Below, piece after piece: positions 33,956-44,316 of a DNA stretch of 64,000 nucleotides. Within the stretch, counting starts at the first letter, position 1. Every line of letters begins with the position of its first letter. Made by a program: the position numbers and the translations under genes. The stretch is from a virus: IMG/VR virus record IMGVR_UViG_3300028394_000034. One strand, 5' to 3'. A model generated the notes under the pieces. It had not been told where the DNA came from, ran no database searches, and worked only from the letters and a program-made list of their open reading frames with translations.

Positions 33956-34474
33956 ATGGGCGAAATTTTAAGAACACCTTCTAATAAAGCAATTTTATTA
34001 ATGCCACGATCTGCTAGTCATTCAATTGGATTAGCAGCTTTAGAAGCATTTTGGCCAGATCAGCTATTTCAATACAATCAACAGCTTTCTAATAATATTT
34101 CAACAAAAATTCCACATCCTGCAGCATGTTTTCCACAATATGAAGCATTTATAGGACAAAATGATTTAGCTATAGTGTTAAGAAATCCTATCGAAAGATT
34201 TCGATCCATGTGTTCCCATAGGCCAGATATATCTATTGATCAACATTTATCTAATCCAATGTATGGCCCATTACCAAAAGGTCAATGGTTAAAAGTATTT
34301 TTATTTGAAATTCAGTTACAGGAATGTATTGATTGGTTAGGAATTACTTTACCACTTAAAAAAATAGATCCTACAGAAGAAAGTGATAAACCAATTTTAA
34401 CACCACAGCAAGAAGATAAAATTAGAGAAATATATAATGATGATATAATATTATGGAATTCTTTACAAAATTAG
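33956..34474 (+). CDS. Sulfotransferase-like protein
   Basis: MPRSASHS (PAPS-loop-like), LRNPIERFRS; start refined to MGEIL. Confidence 0.5.
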   Translation: MGEILRTPSNKAILLMPRSASHSIGLAALEAFWPDQLFQYNQQLSNNISTKIPHPAACFPQYEAFIGQNDLAIVLRNPIERFRSMCSHRPDISIDQHLSNPMYGPLPKGQWLKVFLFEIQLQECIDWLGITLPLKKIDPTEESDKPILTPQQEDKIREIYNDDIILWNSLQN

Positions 34475-34526
34475 ATTAATTTTATTATTAGCCTCATTTT
34501 AATGGACAATCATAGTATATTGATTC

Positions 34527-34544
34527 AGTGTATATCATAGTATA
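34527..34544 (+). promoter_or_regulatory. Putative late promoter
   Basis: AGTGTAT-N7-TATA. Confidence 0.55.
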
Positions 34545-34572
34545 CTTGACTACCTTTATAAATGGATCAATT

Positions 34573-37500
34573 ATGCCAGCAATTACGAATATTATTCTAC
34601 GCAAAGGACCAGCCTCTGAGTGGGTATCTGTGGACCCAGTTCTGAATAATGGAGAACCAGGATATGATACTACAAATAATATTCTAAAAATTGGAAATGG
34701 TACTCTTAGATGGTCATTATTGCCAATTGCTGGGGTCCAAGGTATTCAAGGATTGCAGGGTTTACAAGGAATATCTGGAAGTCAAGGCTTGACGGGTCTC
34801 CAGGGAATATCTGGTACTCAAGGAATTACTGGAAGTGGTAGTCAAGGTATATCTGGAAGTAACGGCAGCCAAGGCACACAGGGTATTTCTGGAAATAGCG
34901 GAAACAACGGTAGCCAAGGTACTCAGGGCATTACCGGAAATAGTGGAAGTAATGGAAGTCAAGGAATATCTGGTAGTAACGGTAGTCAAGGCATTTCTGG
35001 AAATAATGGTAGTCAGGGTATTCAGGGAATTACTGGTAATATTGGAAGCAATGGAAGTCAAGGCATAGCAGGAAATGATGGAGCTCAAGGAGCTAATGGA
35101 AGTGCTGGTAGTCAGGGAGCTCAAGGGATTACTGGGAGTCAAGGAACTAGCGGAAGCAATGGAAGTCAAGGCATAGCAGGAAATAATGGTTCCCAAGGCA
35201 TTTCTGGAATCAATGGCAGTCAAGGAACTATCGGAAGTCAAGGGATTACAGGAAGCGGAAGTCAAGGTTTACAAGGTGTCCAAGGATTAGGAGGTAATCA
35301 AGGCGTTCAAGGATTGGAAGGTAGTCAAGGTGTCCAAGGGACAAACTTTACAGGATATGATAATGAAATCCATGTTAGTCAAGTAGATGGAAATGATACT
35401 ACTGGTAATGGTGACTTATTAAATCCAGTTGCTAGTATTACCAAGGCTTTAACTTTAGTAGGATCTCAACGCAAAACAATTATTGTTCATCCCGGTGGTT
35501 ATACTGAAAATCCATCAATAACAGTTCCATATACAACTATAACTGGTCCGGGGCTTATTGGCGGTAATATAGTACTTTATGGAACATTAAGCACAAATAC
35601 TGGTTGTACAATTGCTGGAATAAAGATGACAAACCTGACCATAGCTACGCCAACTGGTGCAGGAAATGTAAATATTTTAAATTGTGAGATTTCTGGCACA
35701 TTTACAAAAAGCAGTAACGCCGACTACACTGTTCTTCGTTTATGTGACTATGGCTCCGCAAGTATTACTGGTGCAGGTTTAGTTGCTATTTTTGGTGGTA
35801 ATCCAAATTTTACAACAGTAAATAATGCTAGCGCAAATATAATTATTAAAAGCGCTGTTACTGTGGCTCCAGTTTTAACTTCTGGAACTTTAAGTCTTGT
35901 AGATTCTGTAGTAGTTGCTGCTGTGACAAATGCTATCACATCAGCCTCTTCAAGTATCATTACTTTAGCCAACTGTCAAATGCTAACTTCGGCATTAAGT
36001 AATGTCGCCCCAGTTGTACTAAGTGGATTTTATTCAATATTAAATTGCGTATATGATAAAACAAACTCAACACTAATAGCATTGTCTGCAACTGGCGGGC
36101 CTACTAATTCTATTGATTACTTTCAATATATTAATGCAGACAAGTTCATTACTCAGGGTGGGTCTTCTACCCAATTTGTGAAGGGAGACGGTTCTCTTGA
36201 TGCTACAGGACCAGTAGGTCCAACAGGATCTCAAGGCATAATGGGCGCTCAAGGTATTACTGGAAATAACGGAAGTCAAGGTGTCACCGGAAGTTCTGGG
36301 AGTCAAGGAATCTCTGGGAATACTGGAAGTCAAGGAATAACGGGTAGTCAAGGTTCTTCTGGAAGCAACGGCAGTCAGGGTATTACTGGAAGTGCTGGTA
36401 GTCAAGGAATAATAGGTAGTCAAGGAACCCAAGGCATTCAAGGATCGTACGCAAATTTAACTACATCTTTAGTTGCAGGAAGTAACATAACATTTACCTA
36501 CAACTCGGGAACAGACACTCTAACACTCAGCACAACAGTAGCACAAGGAACGCAAGGAGTTCAAGGAGTTACTGGTAGTGGCAGTCAAGGTGCCTCCGGT
36601 AGTAATGGTAGTCAAGGAGCACAGGGTATTACAGGTAATAGCGGCAGTAACGGTAGTCAAGGAACAGCTGGTAGTAATGGTAGTCAGGGAATTAGTGGAA
36701 GCAATGGCGTTCAAGGCACCCAAGGTATTACTGGAAATAGTGGAAGTAATGGGAGTCAAGGAGTTCAAGGAGTCACCGGAAATTCTGGTAGTCAAGGGAG
36801 TCAAGGAGTTCAAGGAACACAAGGATCATATGCTAATTTGACAACATCATTGGTAGCAGGAAGCAATATTTCTTTTAGCTATAATTCAGGAACAGATACT
36901 TTAACTCTTAGTACAACGGTAGCTCAAGGAACTCAGGGTATTCAAGGAATTACTGGTAGTGGTAGTCAGGGAACCTCTGGCAGCAACGGGACTCAGGGTA
37001 CAACAGGCAGTCAAGGTACTACCGGAAGTAACGGTAGTCAAGGCACAGCCGGAAGTAACGGCAGTCAAGGAATTACAGGAAGTCAAGGTATCTCTGGCAG
37101 CAACGGCAGTCAGGGAACAACAGGTACTACTGGAAGCCAAGGAACTACTGGTAGTCAAGGTACTACCGGAAGCAACGGTAGTCAAGGCACTTCCGGAAGT
37201 AATGGCAGTCAGGGTACCTCTGGTAGCAATGGCAGTCAAGGTACTATCGGAAGTCAGGGTATATCTGGAAGTAACGGAAGTCAAGGTTTAACTGGTACTC
37301 AGGGAACACAAGGCATTACCGGACCAGTTGCTGGTTCAGCAAATCAGGTTGTTTACAAAAACTCAAGCAATATTGCATCTGGAGTTTCTGATTTTGTGTT
37401 CGATGGAACTAATTTGGGTGTTGGAATAGCTTCACCAACTAGCAAATTACACGTAGTAGGAAATACTAATTTAGCCGGAACTTTAACCTTTAACGATTTT

Positions 37501-37803
37501 ACTGAAAGTGTCGTAGCTATAGGCAACAGCTCTACTGCTAAAACAATAGCTTTAACAAATGGAACTGTTCAAACTTGTACTCTTACTGGTAATTGTACAT
37601 TTACTATGCCAACTGCTACTGCTGGAAAAAGCTTTACCTTATTTCTAAATACTGGATCTGGTTCTTTTACATCGACTTTTACTGGCGTTAAGTGGTCAGG
37701 AGGCGTAGCTCCCACAGTCACTGTAACAGCTAGTAAAGTAGACATTTTAAGTTTTGTTAGTGATGGAACTTCATGGTATGGAGCATATAGTCAAAACTAT
37801 TAA
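34573..37803 (+). CDS. Collagen-like tail fibre (Mtd N domain, G-X-Y repeats, beta-helix-like insert)
   Basis: ILRKG..EW...P.L..GEPGYD; long GSQ/GIT/GSN triplets; C-terminal head. Confidence 0.8.
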   Translation: MPAITNIILRKGPASEWVSVDPVLNNGEPGYDTTNNILKIGNGTLRWSLLPIAGVQGIQGLQGLQGISGSQGLTGLQGISGTQGITGSGSQGISGSNGSQGTQGISGNSGNNGSQGTQGITGNSGSNGSQGISGSNGSQGISGNNGSQGIQGITGNIGSNGSQGIAGNDGAQGANGSAGSQGAQGITGSQGTSGSNGSQGIAGNNGSQGISGINGSQGTIGSQGITGSGSQGLQGVQGLGGNQGVQGLEGSQGVQGTNFTGYDNEIHVSQVDGNDTTGNGDLLNPVASITKALTLVGSQRKTIIVHPGGYTENPSITVPYTTITGPGLIGGNIVLYGTLSTNTGCTIAGIKMTNLTIATPTGAGNVNILNCEISGTFTKSSNADYTVLRLCDYGSASITGAGLVAIFGGNPNFTTVNNASANIIIKSAVTVAPVLTSGTLSLVDSVVVAAVTNAITSASSSIITLANCQMLTSALSNVAPVVLSGFYSILNCVYDKTNSTLIALSATGGPTNSIDYFQYINADKFITQGGSSTQFVKGDGSLDATGPVGPTGSQGIMGAQGITGNNGSQGVTGSSGSQGISGNTGSQGITGSQGSSGSNGSQGITGSAGSQGIIGSQGTQGIQGSYANLTTSLVAGSNITFTYNSGTDTLTLSTTVAQGTQGVQGVTGSGSQGASGSNGSQGAQGITGNSGSNGSQGTAGSNGSQGISGSNGVQGTQGITGNSGSNGSQGVQGVTGNSGSQGSQGVQGTQGSYANLTTSLVAGSNISFSYNSGTDTLTLSTTVAQGTQGIQGITGSGSQGTSGSNGTQGTTGSQGTTGSNGSQGTAGSNGSQGITGSQGISGSNGSQGTTGTTGSQGTTGSQGTTGSNGSQGTSGSNGSQGTSGSNGSQGTIGSQGISGSNGSQGLTGTQGTQGITGPVAGSANQVVYKNSSNIASGVSDFVFDGTNLGVGIASPTSKLHVVGNTNLAGTLTFNDFTESVVAIGNSSTAKTIALTNGTVQTCTLTGNCTFTMPTATAGKSFTLFLNTGSGSFTSTFTGVKWSGGVAPTVTVTASKVDILSFVSDGTSWYGAYSQNY

Positions 37804-37808
37804 TCTTT

Positions 37809-38453
37809 ATGTTTAGCTCTAGATTTAATCACTTTAAGAAAATATCTTTAGTGTCATCACCGACACCAACGCCAACATCTAGTGCTATCCCAGTTACTCC
37901 AACAAAAACACCCACACCAACACCAACACGAGCTGGTTCTTTTACTCCAGTAGCTTTTGTTATAACTACCGGAACTAGTCGATCAGTACCAACAGGAGCC
38001 ACAAGTATGAAAGCTTGGGTTATTGGTGGCGGTGGTGGCGGAGCATATGATCCTAGTGGGTGTGAAGGTAATTCAGATGGATTTTACGGAGGAGAAGCTG
38101 TGAAAACTTATTCTGTGACGGGAGGAGCGACGGTTACTTATGTTGTTGGAGCAGCAGGAGTGGGAGGTGTCACCGATGGAGCAACACAAGGAGGTACCAC
38201 AACATTAACTTATGGAGGAGTTACAATCACAGCAACTGGTGGTGGAACAGGTTGGATAGGATTTGCGGACGGAACAGGCTCTGGTGGTAATTTTAATCGT
38301 TCATTTCTTGCAGGTGGTGTACTGGATTTTCAAGGACGAGTAGCTGCCGTTACTCTTTCTGGAAGTAATCTCAATGCTGGGTTTAAAGGAACTTCAACCT
38401 CAGTATCTGCAACTAACGGTGCAGCTGGTGGTATAGTATTATATTTTACTTAA
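37809..38453 (+). CDS. Gly-rich virion protein with TP linker
   Basis: SFTPVA..TTG.S..VP..ATSMKAWVIGGGG shared with 33118. Confidence 0.65.
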   Translation: MFSSRFNHFKKISLVSSPTPTPTSSAIPVTPTKTPTPTPTRAGSFTPVAFVITTGTSRSVPTGATSMKAWVIGGGGGGAYDPSGCEGNSDGFYGGEAVKTYSVTGGATVTYVVGAAGVGGVTDGATQGGTTTLTYGGVTITATGGGTGWIGFADGTGSGGNFNRSFLAGGVLDFQGRVAAVTLSGSNLNAGFKGTSTSVSATNGAAGGIVLYFT

Positions 38454-39562
38454 TTAGGTAAAGAGACATAATCTGGAACGCTAGTAAAATTATAAATCTT
38501 AACTTCTCTAAAGACATCTTGTAAGATTTGATCATCATATAATTCTACTGCTGCTTGTAGCCATGATCGTGTCATGGCAGAATTATTAGCTTCATCAGAA
38601 GTAGTCCATTCTGTAGGATGGAGATAATAATAGGCTAAATATTTCATAGCTTTCTTAATACTTCCTTTACCTTCGCTATCTTCGTAATTCCAAACGTCGA
38701 TCCCCAAAGATTTTGCTATAGTAGCTAGATTTACTAGTAGTATTAGATTAAAATTACTATAGTGCCTATTTTTTACTCTGTTCATCTCTAAGACCTGTTT
38801 GCCGTCCATGTCTATTTGAGCACTTAATAAAGAGGTTAAATTATTTTCTAGATAAGTTCGTGCTTCAACTTCTTTTCCACAAGCACAAAGATAAGAACAT
38901 AATTGTTTCATATAAGATGTTTTAATATTGTGGCTATAGCTAGCTTGCAATACTCCTCTAGGGTTAGTTTTGAACCAATCACTTAGTGAATCAAACCATG
39001 AAACCATTCCACTTTCTAGTTCATTTTTCCAATGTGAACTAAGTTTGATTAGTTCAATAAAGTCTGGTAATATAGACAGCATATTGCTATCAATAATTGC
39101 TCCTCTAATACGCAGATCATCCATACTATCTCCGATAACTATTCCACTGTATGTCATACTAGGATTCATTTTAGTATTTTCATTAATAAAAAAAGTTTGA
39201 AGAGCTTCCATAGCTTTAATGGCATAGTCTTCAGATTTAGTGTAGTGATACAAAATAGAACATGAAGATACTAAAGATAATAGAGAATTTAAATATGGGC
39301 TATCAGAACTTTTTCTAGATTCAAGATTTCTAGTTCCATCAATTCGAATATAAGGAAATCCTGTTGGAGAGTTTGGATCTGGGTGATAGTATGGAGCTAA
39401 ACTTGTAAAATTATTAACTCCTGTTTTTTGTTTTAGTTCAGCAGAGCTTTGTGTGATACTTGGTAGTGGAGCATTGAGAATGTCTCCGCATTGTCCTTGA
39501 TAAAACGCTATTTGATCCGGGGCTAGTTGGTCCATTCTATTCTTATTTAATATTAATAGCAT
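38450..39562 (-). CDS. Alginate lyase-like protein (PF05426-type)
   Basis: TKMNP...Y, IRGAIID, QIDMDGKQ..E..R...HYSNFNL, LGIDVWNY..S.G.GSIKKA..YL. Confidence 0.65.
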   Translation of the reverse strand: MLLILNKNRMDQLAPDQIAFYQGQCGDILNAPLPSITQSSAELKQKTGVNNFTSLAPYYHPDPNSPTGFPYIRIDGTRNLESRKSSDSPYLNSLLSLVSSCSILYHYTKSEDYAIKAMEALQTFFINENTKMNPSMTYSGIVIGDSMDDLRIRGAIIDSNMLSILPDFIELIKLSSHWKNELESGMVSWFDSLSDWFKTNPRGVLQASYSHNIKTSYMKQLCSYLCACGKEVEARTYLENNLTSLLSAQIDMDGKQVLEMNRVKNRHYSNFNLILLVNLATIAKSLGIDVWNYEDSEGKGSIKKAMKYLAYYYLHPTEWTTSDEANNSAMTRSWLQAAVELYDDQILQDVFREVKIYNFTSVPDYVSLPN

Positions 39563-40275
39563 TATATTATCTCCTCAGATAGTGTAATTTTTTTAGTAAA
39601 ATTGTATTCTAAATCGCAGCTTGTAAATTTTTTATTTGGGCAGTGTATTTTATTCTTTATATTATATTTCATTTTTTCTCCATTCAGATCATTCATATTA
39701 TCCCAATTCAAATCACTACCAGTATTAAGGGTGGTTTCTATTTTAGAGTTTGAGATTGGATTAATCATACATGGAATATGTTTAAAATAATAATTAATTA
39801 ATTTGCATCTAGATATAAAATCAGTATCGTGTTTTCCAGCCGGTAAAAAAGATTCATCATAACCCCCGACTATATTAAAAATTTTTCTAGAACATCCTAT
39901 CCTACCATAAACTCCACGCTTAAAAATATCACAACATACGCCAATTTTTGTTCCCAGGCTTTTTATTTGACTTGTGGCATTTCCAATATAGTTGTCAATA
40001 TCTAAATTAAACACATAATCCCCAGAACTCAACCGCACGGCTAAATTCTTAGCAACTGGAATTGAATAACTATGATAATTTAATGTTCTATGATAATGAA
40101 CTCTATCGGAGATTCCAAATTTTGACATATACTGATACAATCCATCTCTTGAATCACAATCCACAATGATCCATTCAGTGTCTGGATTATTCTTAATATG
40201 ATTTATATTATGAAAAAAAGTTTGTTGAAACTGATAAAATCTATTTTTAACTTGAGAACAATATGAAATAATCAT
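39562..40275 (-). CDS. GT-A fold glycosyltransferase (GT2/GT7-like)
   Basis: WIIVD, AKNLAVR.SSGDYVFNLDID (DxD), GGYDESF..G..DTDF. Confidence 0.75.
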   Translation of the reverse strand: MIISYCSQVKNRFYQFQQTFFHNINHIKNNPDTEWIIVDCDSRDGLYQYMSKFGISDRVHYHRTLNYHSYSIPVAKNLAVRLSSGDYVFNLDIDNYIGNATSQIKSLGTKIGVCCDIFKRGVYGRIGCSRKIFNIVGGYDESFLPAGKHDTDFISRCKLINYYFKHIPCMINPISNSKIETTLNTGSDLNWDNMNDLNGEKMKYNIKNKIHCPNKKFTSCDLEYNFTKKITLSEEII

Positions 40276-41519
40276 AATTCCCCTTTAATCATTAGATCTT
40301 TTGCTAGATTTATTTCTTGTTTTTGATAAGACATTAGATTTTGCAAAGTATTCTGGTCTACAAGATCAGCCTTTACCCACCAATCTTCAAAAGTACATCC
40401 CTCATTAGGGGCTATATCATTAAACACTAGAGTATATCCTATGCTCTTTAAATATCTTCTACTCTTTTCTCGGTATGATCTACTCATATCTACATAATGA
40501 TCATGCTCATAAGTTATTACCCTAAATTGATATTTATCAAAAGGAATCAATAGCAGAGCCTCAAACGTATTACTAGATGGTTCAATATCTAGTTGCAAGT
40601 AATCAATAGTATTATCTGTAAAGTTTTCAACTAATAGCTTTTCATAGTCTATCTTTAGTGCATTCTCACACAAGACAGTATTCTTTCTTTCTTTTTTATG
40701 CATATCTGCTAGCTCTGGATTCATTTCTAGTCCTATGCCTGTCCATCCAAGATTTTCTAATAGCGCCGTGTTGCTATTGTGATAAGAATGAGCAGAACCT
40801 ATTTCCAGGTATGTTCCATTCTTTTTCCCGTTCAGAGCAGAAAGAACGAACAGATCCTGACAAACCTGAGAAAAATTTTCTTCAATATTCTCACAACCCT
40901 CGAACTTAAACCTAAGATCGTACTTTGATTTTTTATATCGAACAGAACTTTCAGCATCTGACCCAGAACCTAAATTTATAAGATTTTTTTCAATTAGTTT
41001 GAAATAGTAATCATTAAGAACATCACCATACTCATCCTTTAATTGTCTAAAAAGCATCCTCGATTCCTTTGGCTTTCCATACCACCATGAACTTACGGCT
41101 TTTTGAAAAAGAAGCATATATTTCGATTCATAACCCAAGTTCTTTTTAAGGTTTGAAGGCTCACAATCAGAAAGCTCTAATCCTAATGATGAGTATAAAT
41201 AGGAGTCCATCCAATTACTTTTATATTCATAGAATTGACTTAGGAAGAAATAAGCTTCTGGTTTTTGTGGACATAAATGAAGAGCACTTTTTAATAAATT
41301 TTCACATGTATAGTCTCTATTAGATAGGTTTCTATAACAGAGATATAATCTCAATAAGCACTCATATGCTAAAGATTTATCTTCTGTTAGTTCTGAGCAT
41401 CTTAGATAATAGCTACAAGCAGGAGAGGCATGGGACTGTTCATCATACCAGTTAGCTAAATAAAAATTAACCAGAGCATTTTTTGGATCATTAATATAAT
41501 CGATTAGTTCTTTATTCAT
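40272..41519 (-). CDS. TPR plus FkbM-like methyltransferase
   Basis: TPR-like N-half; SQ..QDLFV...GTYLEIG...N..LLE..GW.G...IDYLQLDIE. Confidence 0.7.
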   Translation of the reverse strand: MNKELIDYINDPKNALVNFYLANWYDEQSHASPACSYYLRCSELTEDKSLAYECLLRLYLCYRNLSNRDYTCENLLKSALHLCPQKPEAYFFLSQFYEYKSNWMDSYLYSSLGLELSDCEPSNLKKNLGYESKYMLLFQKAVSSWWYGKPKESRMLFRQLKDEYGDVLNDYYFKLIEKNLINLGSGSDAESSVRYKKSKYDLRFKFEGCENIEENFSQVCQDLFVLSALNGKKNGTYLEIGSAHSYHNSNTALLENLGWTGIGLEMNPELADMHKKERKNTVLCENALKIDYEKLLVENFTDNTIDYLQLDIEPSSNTFEALLLIPFDKYQFRVITYEHDHYVDMSRSYREKSRRYLKSIGYTLVFNDIAPNEGCTFEDWWVKADLVDQNTLQNLMSYQKQEINLAKDLMIKGEL

Positions 41520-42495
41520 ATATTTTTAAAAATTGTCCTAAGAGATTTTTAGGCATACCCAAGAGATATGCTGCATTATCTTGAAATCCGAAAGTGATCA
41601 ATAATTTATCAGCAACTTCTGCTAATCCACAACAAAACTCAATCTTGGCCCCCATAAACTTAAATGAGTCAGATACCTCAACTAGTTCAAAACTATCATT
41701 CCAGACAACAAATCTATGACTATAATCAGCATTCTTTCTCCCTGCTTCAGAGTTGTACAAGACCACTTCATGAACTATAGCTAAATAATATCCATTTAAA
41801 AATATAACCTGAGATCCTCCACGTAAATCTAAGTTGGTATCCACAGACTTCCTGTCTGTGATCACAATAGTTTTACAGGTCTTATCTTGTGGATTAACCT
41901 CAACCACTTCTGTAGGATTAGTCCATTTAATATAGGTATATGGCTTATTTAATATTGGCATCCAATTTTTTTCGCAATAACTATCGTTATTTCCCGGTGC
42001 TGGTATTCTCAATCTACTTTTTTCTATGGTTTTATCTTTCTTATGTACTATCTCCGATAGTTCCATTCTTCCAACACCATTAGTTGTAGTATCTCTCCTT
42101 ACTCCACTCAAAAATAATTTATTCTCCCATTCAACTAACCTACCATCCTCTAAGCCAACAAATTCCCACATAGGAGTTTCGTCTAAAAAGGAGGTATCAA
42201 TAGTCTGATGAGATACTATATTGTAGTCAGAATCTAATTTACATAAAATATTATTAGTAACTAGTCTTTGATCATTTTCTTTATGTAAATAGCACAAAGG
42301 CCCCCAGCTATGCTCAAATAGTCCATTTTCACTATGATAAAGAACATAGTTTAAATTTCTGATATTTACAAGAATTTCATCATTTCTAGAAACCAAGATG
42401 CTAGGATTGCTTAAAGAGGGGCCAATAGAATCTGGCAGAGGAACAAGTAAAGGATTAACGAATCCTTGATTTTTTAATGATAGTTGACAAAGCAT
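41512..42495 (-). CDS. Five-bladed beta-propeller glycosidase-like protein (GH130/GH43 clan-like)
   Basis: NPSI, GLEDGRL, EKNWMP, LRGGS, Y.HRF, IEFCCGL. Confidence 0.6.
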   Translation of the reverse strand: MLCQLSLKNQGFVNPLLVPLPDSIGPSLSNPSILVSRNDEILVNIRNLNYVLYHSENGLFEHSWGPLCYLHKENDQRLVTNNILCKLDSDYNIVSHQTIDTSFLDETPMWEFVGLEDGRLVEWENKLFLSGVRRDTTTNGVGRMELSEIVHKKDKTIEKSRLRIPAPGNNDSYCEKNWMPILNKPYTYIKWTNPTEVVEVNPQDKTCKTIVITDRKSVDTNLDLRGGSQVIFLNGYYLAIVHEVVLYNSEAGRKNADYSHRFVVWNDSFELVEVSDSFKFMGAKIEFCCGLAEVADKLLITFGFQDNAAYLLGMPKNLLGQFLKIYE

Positions 42496-42625
42496 ATAGG
42501 TTACTTAAAAGTATTTTTAACATGATCTTTCTTATAGTAGAAAGAAATCAATAAAAAGTCTACCAGATTTTATAAGGAATTCACTATTAGCCAATTAATT
42601 TTAAATAGTACACCAATCATGATCA

Positions 42626-42643
42626 GGTGTATTAAAGACTAGA
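42626..42643 (+). promoter_or_regulatory. Putative late promoter (back-to-back GGTGTAC on the minus strand at 42608-42614)
   Basis: GGTGTAT-N7-TAGA. Confidence 0.6.
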
Positions 42644-42670
42644 GATTATATTACTTAAAAGGGTCAAACC

Positions 42671-43192
42671 ATGAGTTGGCAAATTGAGATCCCTATTATA
42701 GTCAGATCATTAATAAATGACTTAAGTGATCAACCCACATATAGCGACGAAAGAGTTCAGCAATTAATAGTTGTCGCCGCTCAGTATGTAACAAGAGAAA
42801 TAAATTTGGTCAATACTTACATTATAGATATTGCCAATCCTAATATTTCTCCCGACCCAACAACCATGCAAGCCAAAGATGTTGACTTTATTGGTTTCGT
42901 TGCACTCAAAGCTTCGTGTTTGCTAGACCATAGCTCTTTAAGAACCAAAGCAGCAATGGAAGGCATCAGAGCATCTCTAGGATCTGCCAATTTAAGTGTT
43001 GCTGGAAGCTTAAGAGGTTACGAGACTATTATAAACCAAGGCCCCTGCGCCCTGTATCAAGAACTGAGAAGTCAGTATGAATTTGGTAATGCTAATACTG
43101 TCAGATCTATCCTCAGTCCCTTTGTGGGTAATAAGTTTGATCCAAGATCAATACAAATGAGTCCATACCGAAGTAGAGATCTTTATTCTTAA
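42671..43192 (+). CDS. Putative head-tail adaptor
   Basis: IVRSLINDL...YSDE; position. Confidence 0.45.
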   Translation: MSWQIEIPIIVRSLINDLSDQPTYSDERVQQLIVVAAQYVTREINLVNTYIIDIANPNISPDPTTMQAKDVDFIGFVALKASCLLDHSSLRTKAAMEGIRASLGSANLSVAGSLRGYETIINQGPCALYQELRSQYEFGNANTVRSILSPFVGNKFDPRSIQMSPYRSRDLYS

Positions 43193-43201
43193 AGGAAATT
43201 T

Positions 43202-44119
43202 ATGCCAGCTATCAATTATAATTTTGTTATCGAACAAGGATCTGCTTTTGAGATTATCTTTCAGTACTATGATAGTAATGGAGCCTCAGTAGATCTAACA
43301 AACTGGTGTGTTTTACTACAATACAGAACAGATGCTAACAATATCCTCTCTTTCTCCAACAAGTACGACGGTTCTGCTTATAGTATGACCACAGATACTT
43401 TGGGACAAATCATACTCAGGATACCTTCAAAAACAACAACAACATATGCTTTTGGTAGTGCTGTCTATGATTTGGATTTACAAGAGCCAAATGAGCAATA
43501 TCCTAATAGTGGATTAAAAACCTACAGGCTAGCTACAGGAACTATTTCTATTGCAAGAAGAAATATTGATCCAGCATTATCTGACTGTGCCAGTACCACG
43601 GCGGGATTTCAAGCTAATGTTTGTAATATTGAATGTGGTAAATTAGATATCTATTCAGCAGTTTATGATGGTGGTTCTTTAACTATTCCAGATATGGGAG
43701 CTGTGAGCGGAAGCATAAGCACAAATGACACTAGACTTATTGAAAATATAGAGCTTGCTATCAACGGACTAAGACACAATAGTCCACAAGATCTTACTCT
43801 TCTTTTAGCTCCTCCTTCTGGCAATAAAATTTTATTATCGTCTCATAATAAGATAAAAAATTATGCTCCTGGTTTTAGCTTTATGTTTTCTAATAAAGCA
43901 GCATCAGGGACTTACATTAATAATATCAATAGTGGAGCATATTGTAATATTTCTAATAAGACTAATACCACTCGATATAATGGAGAAACACTATTAAGTA
44001 GTTTCGATCATCTTTTTAATAATGCTGTTAATGGACAATGGAAGTTTTGCGTTATTGATGATGATATTGGAACATCTGGTACTATTGACTCTTGGAAATT
44101 AATTATCACCTACAAATAA
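43202..44119 (+). CDS. Virion protein: BppU-like N-domain plus proprotein-convertase P domain
   Basis: YNFVIEQGSAF; H..PQDL.L.L..PSG...; NGQWKF.V.DD..G.SG.IDSW.L. Confidence 0.6.
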   Translation: MPAINYNFVIEQGSAFEIIFQYYDSNGASVDLTNWCVLLQYRTDANNILSFSNKYDGSAYSMTTDTLGQIILRIPSKTTTTYAFGSAVYDLDLQEPNEQYPNSGLKTYRLATGTISIARRNIDPALSDCASTTAGFQANVCNIECGKLDIYSAVYDGGSLTIPDMGAVSGSISTNDTRLIENIELAINGLRHNSPQDLTLLLAPPSGNKILLSSHNKIKNYAPGFSFMFSNKAASGTYINNINSGAYCNISNKTNTTRYNGETLLSSFDHLFNNAVNGQWKFCVIDDDIGTSGTIDSWKLIITYK

Positions 44120-44316
44120 TGAACATATCACAGATTCTTACAACCAATAATCCGATCTCTATACGAGTTAATAGTCTATATATCAAAGAATATAGTACTA
44201 TAAGAAACCATGTTAAAATTCAACAAAGCAATAGTCCGTATAGAACTCCTTCTAATGAAAAACAAAAAATATCAATAAATGACTCAGCCCCGATCTCTGT
44301 AAAAGTAGGTTCATAA
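44119..44316 (+). CDS. Small hypothetical protein
   Basis: Coupled ORF, same position as 31435 relative to its paralogous upstream gene. Confidence 0.4.
   Translation: MNISQILTTNNPISIRVNSLYIKEYSTIRNHVKIQQSNSPYRTPSNEKQKISINDSAPISVKVGS

Noticed and set aside
34762-37284. Minus-strand Ser/Thr/Leu-rich ORFs
   Set aside because: Antisense artefacts of the collagen G-X-Y repeats; likewise the minus-strand ORFs within the TMP
31731-38453. Diversity-generating retroelement (Mtd-N fibres, paralogous Gly-rich genes)
   Set aside because: No reverse transcriptase and no adenine-only-mismatched TR/VR pair seen
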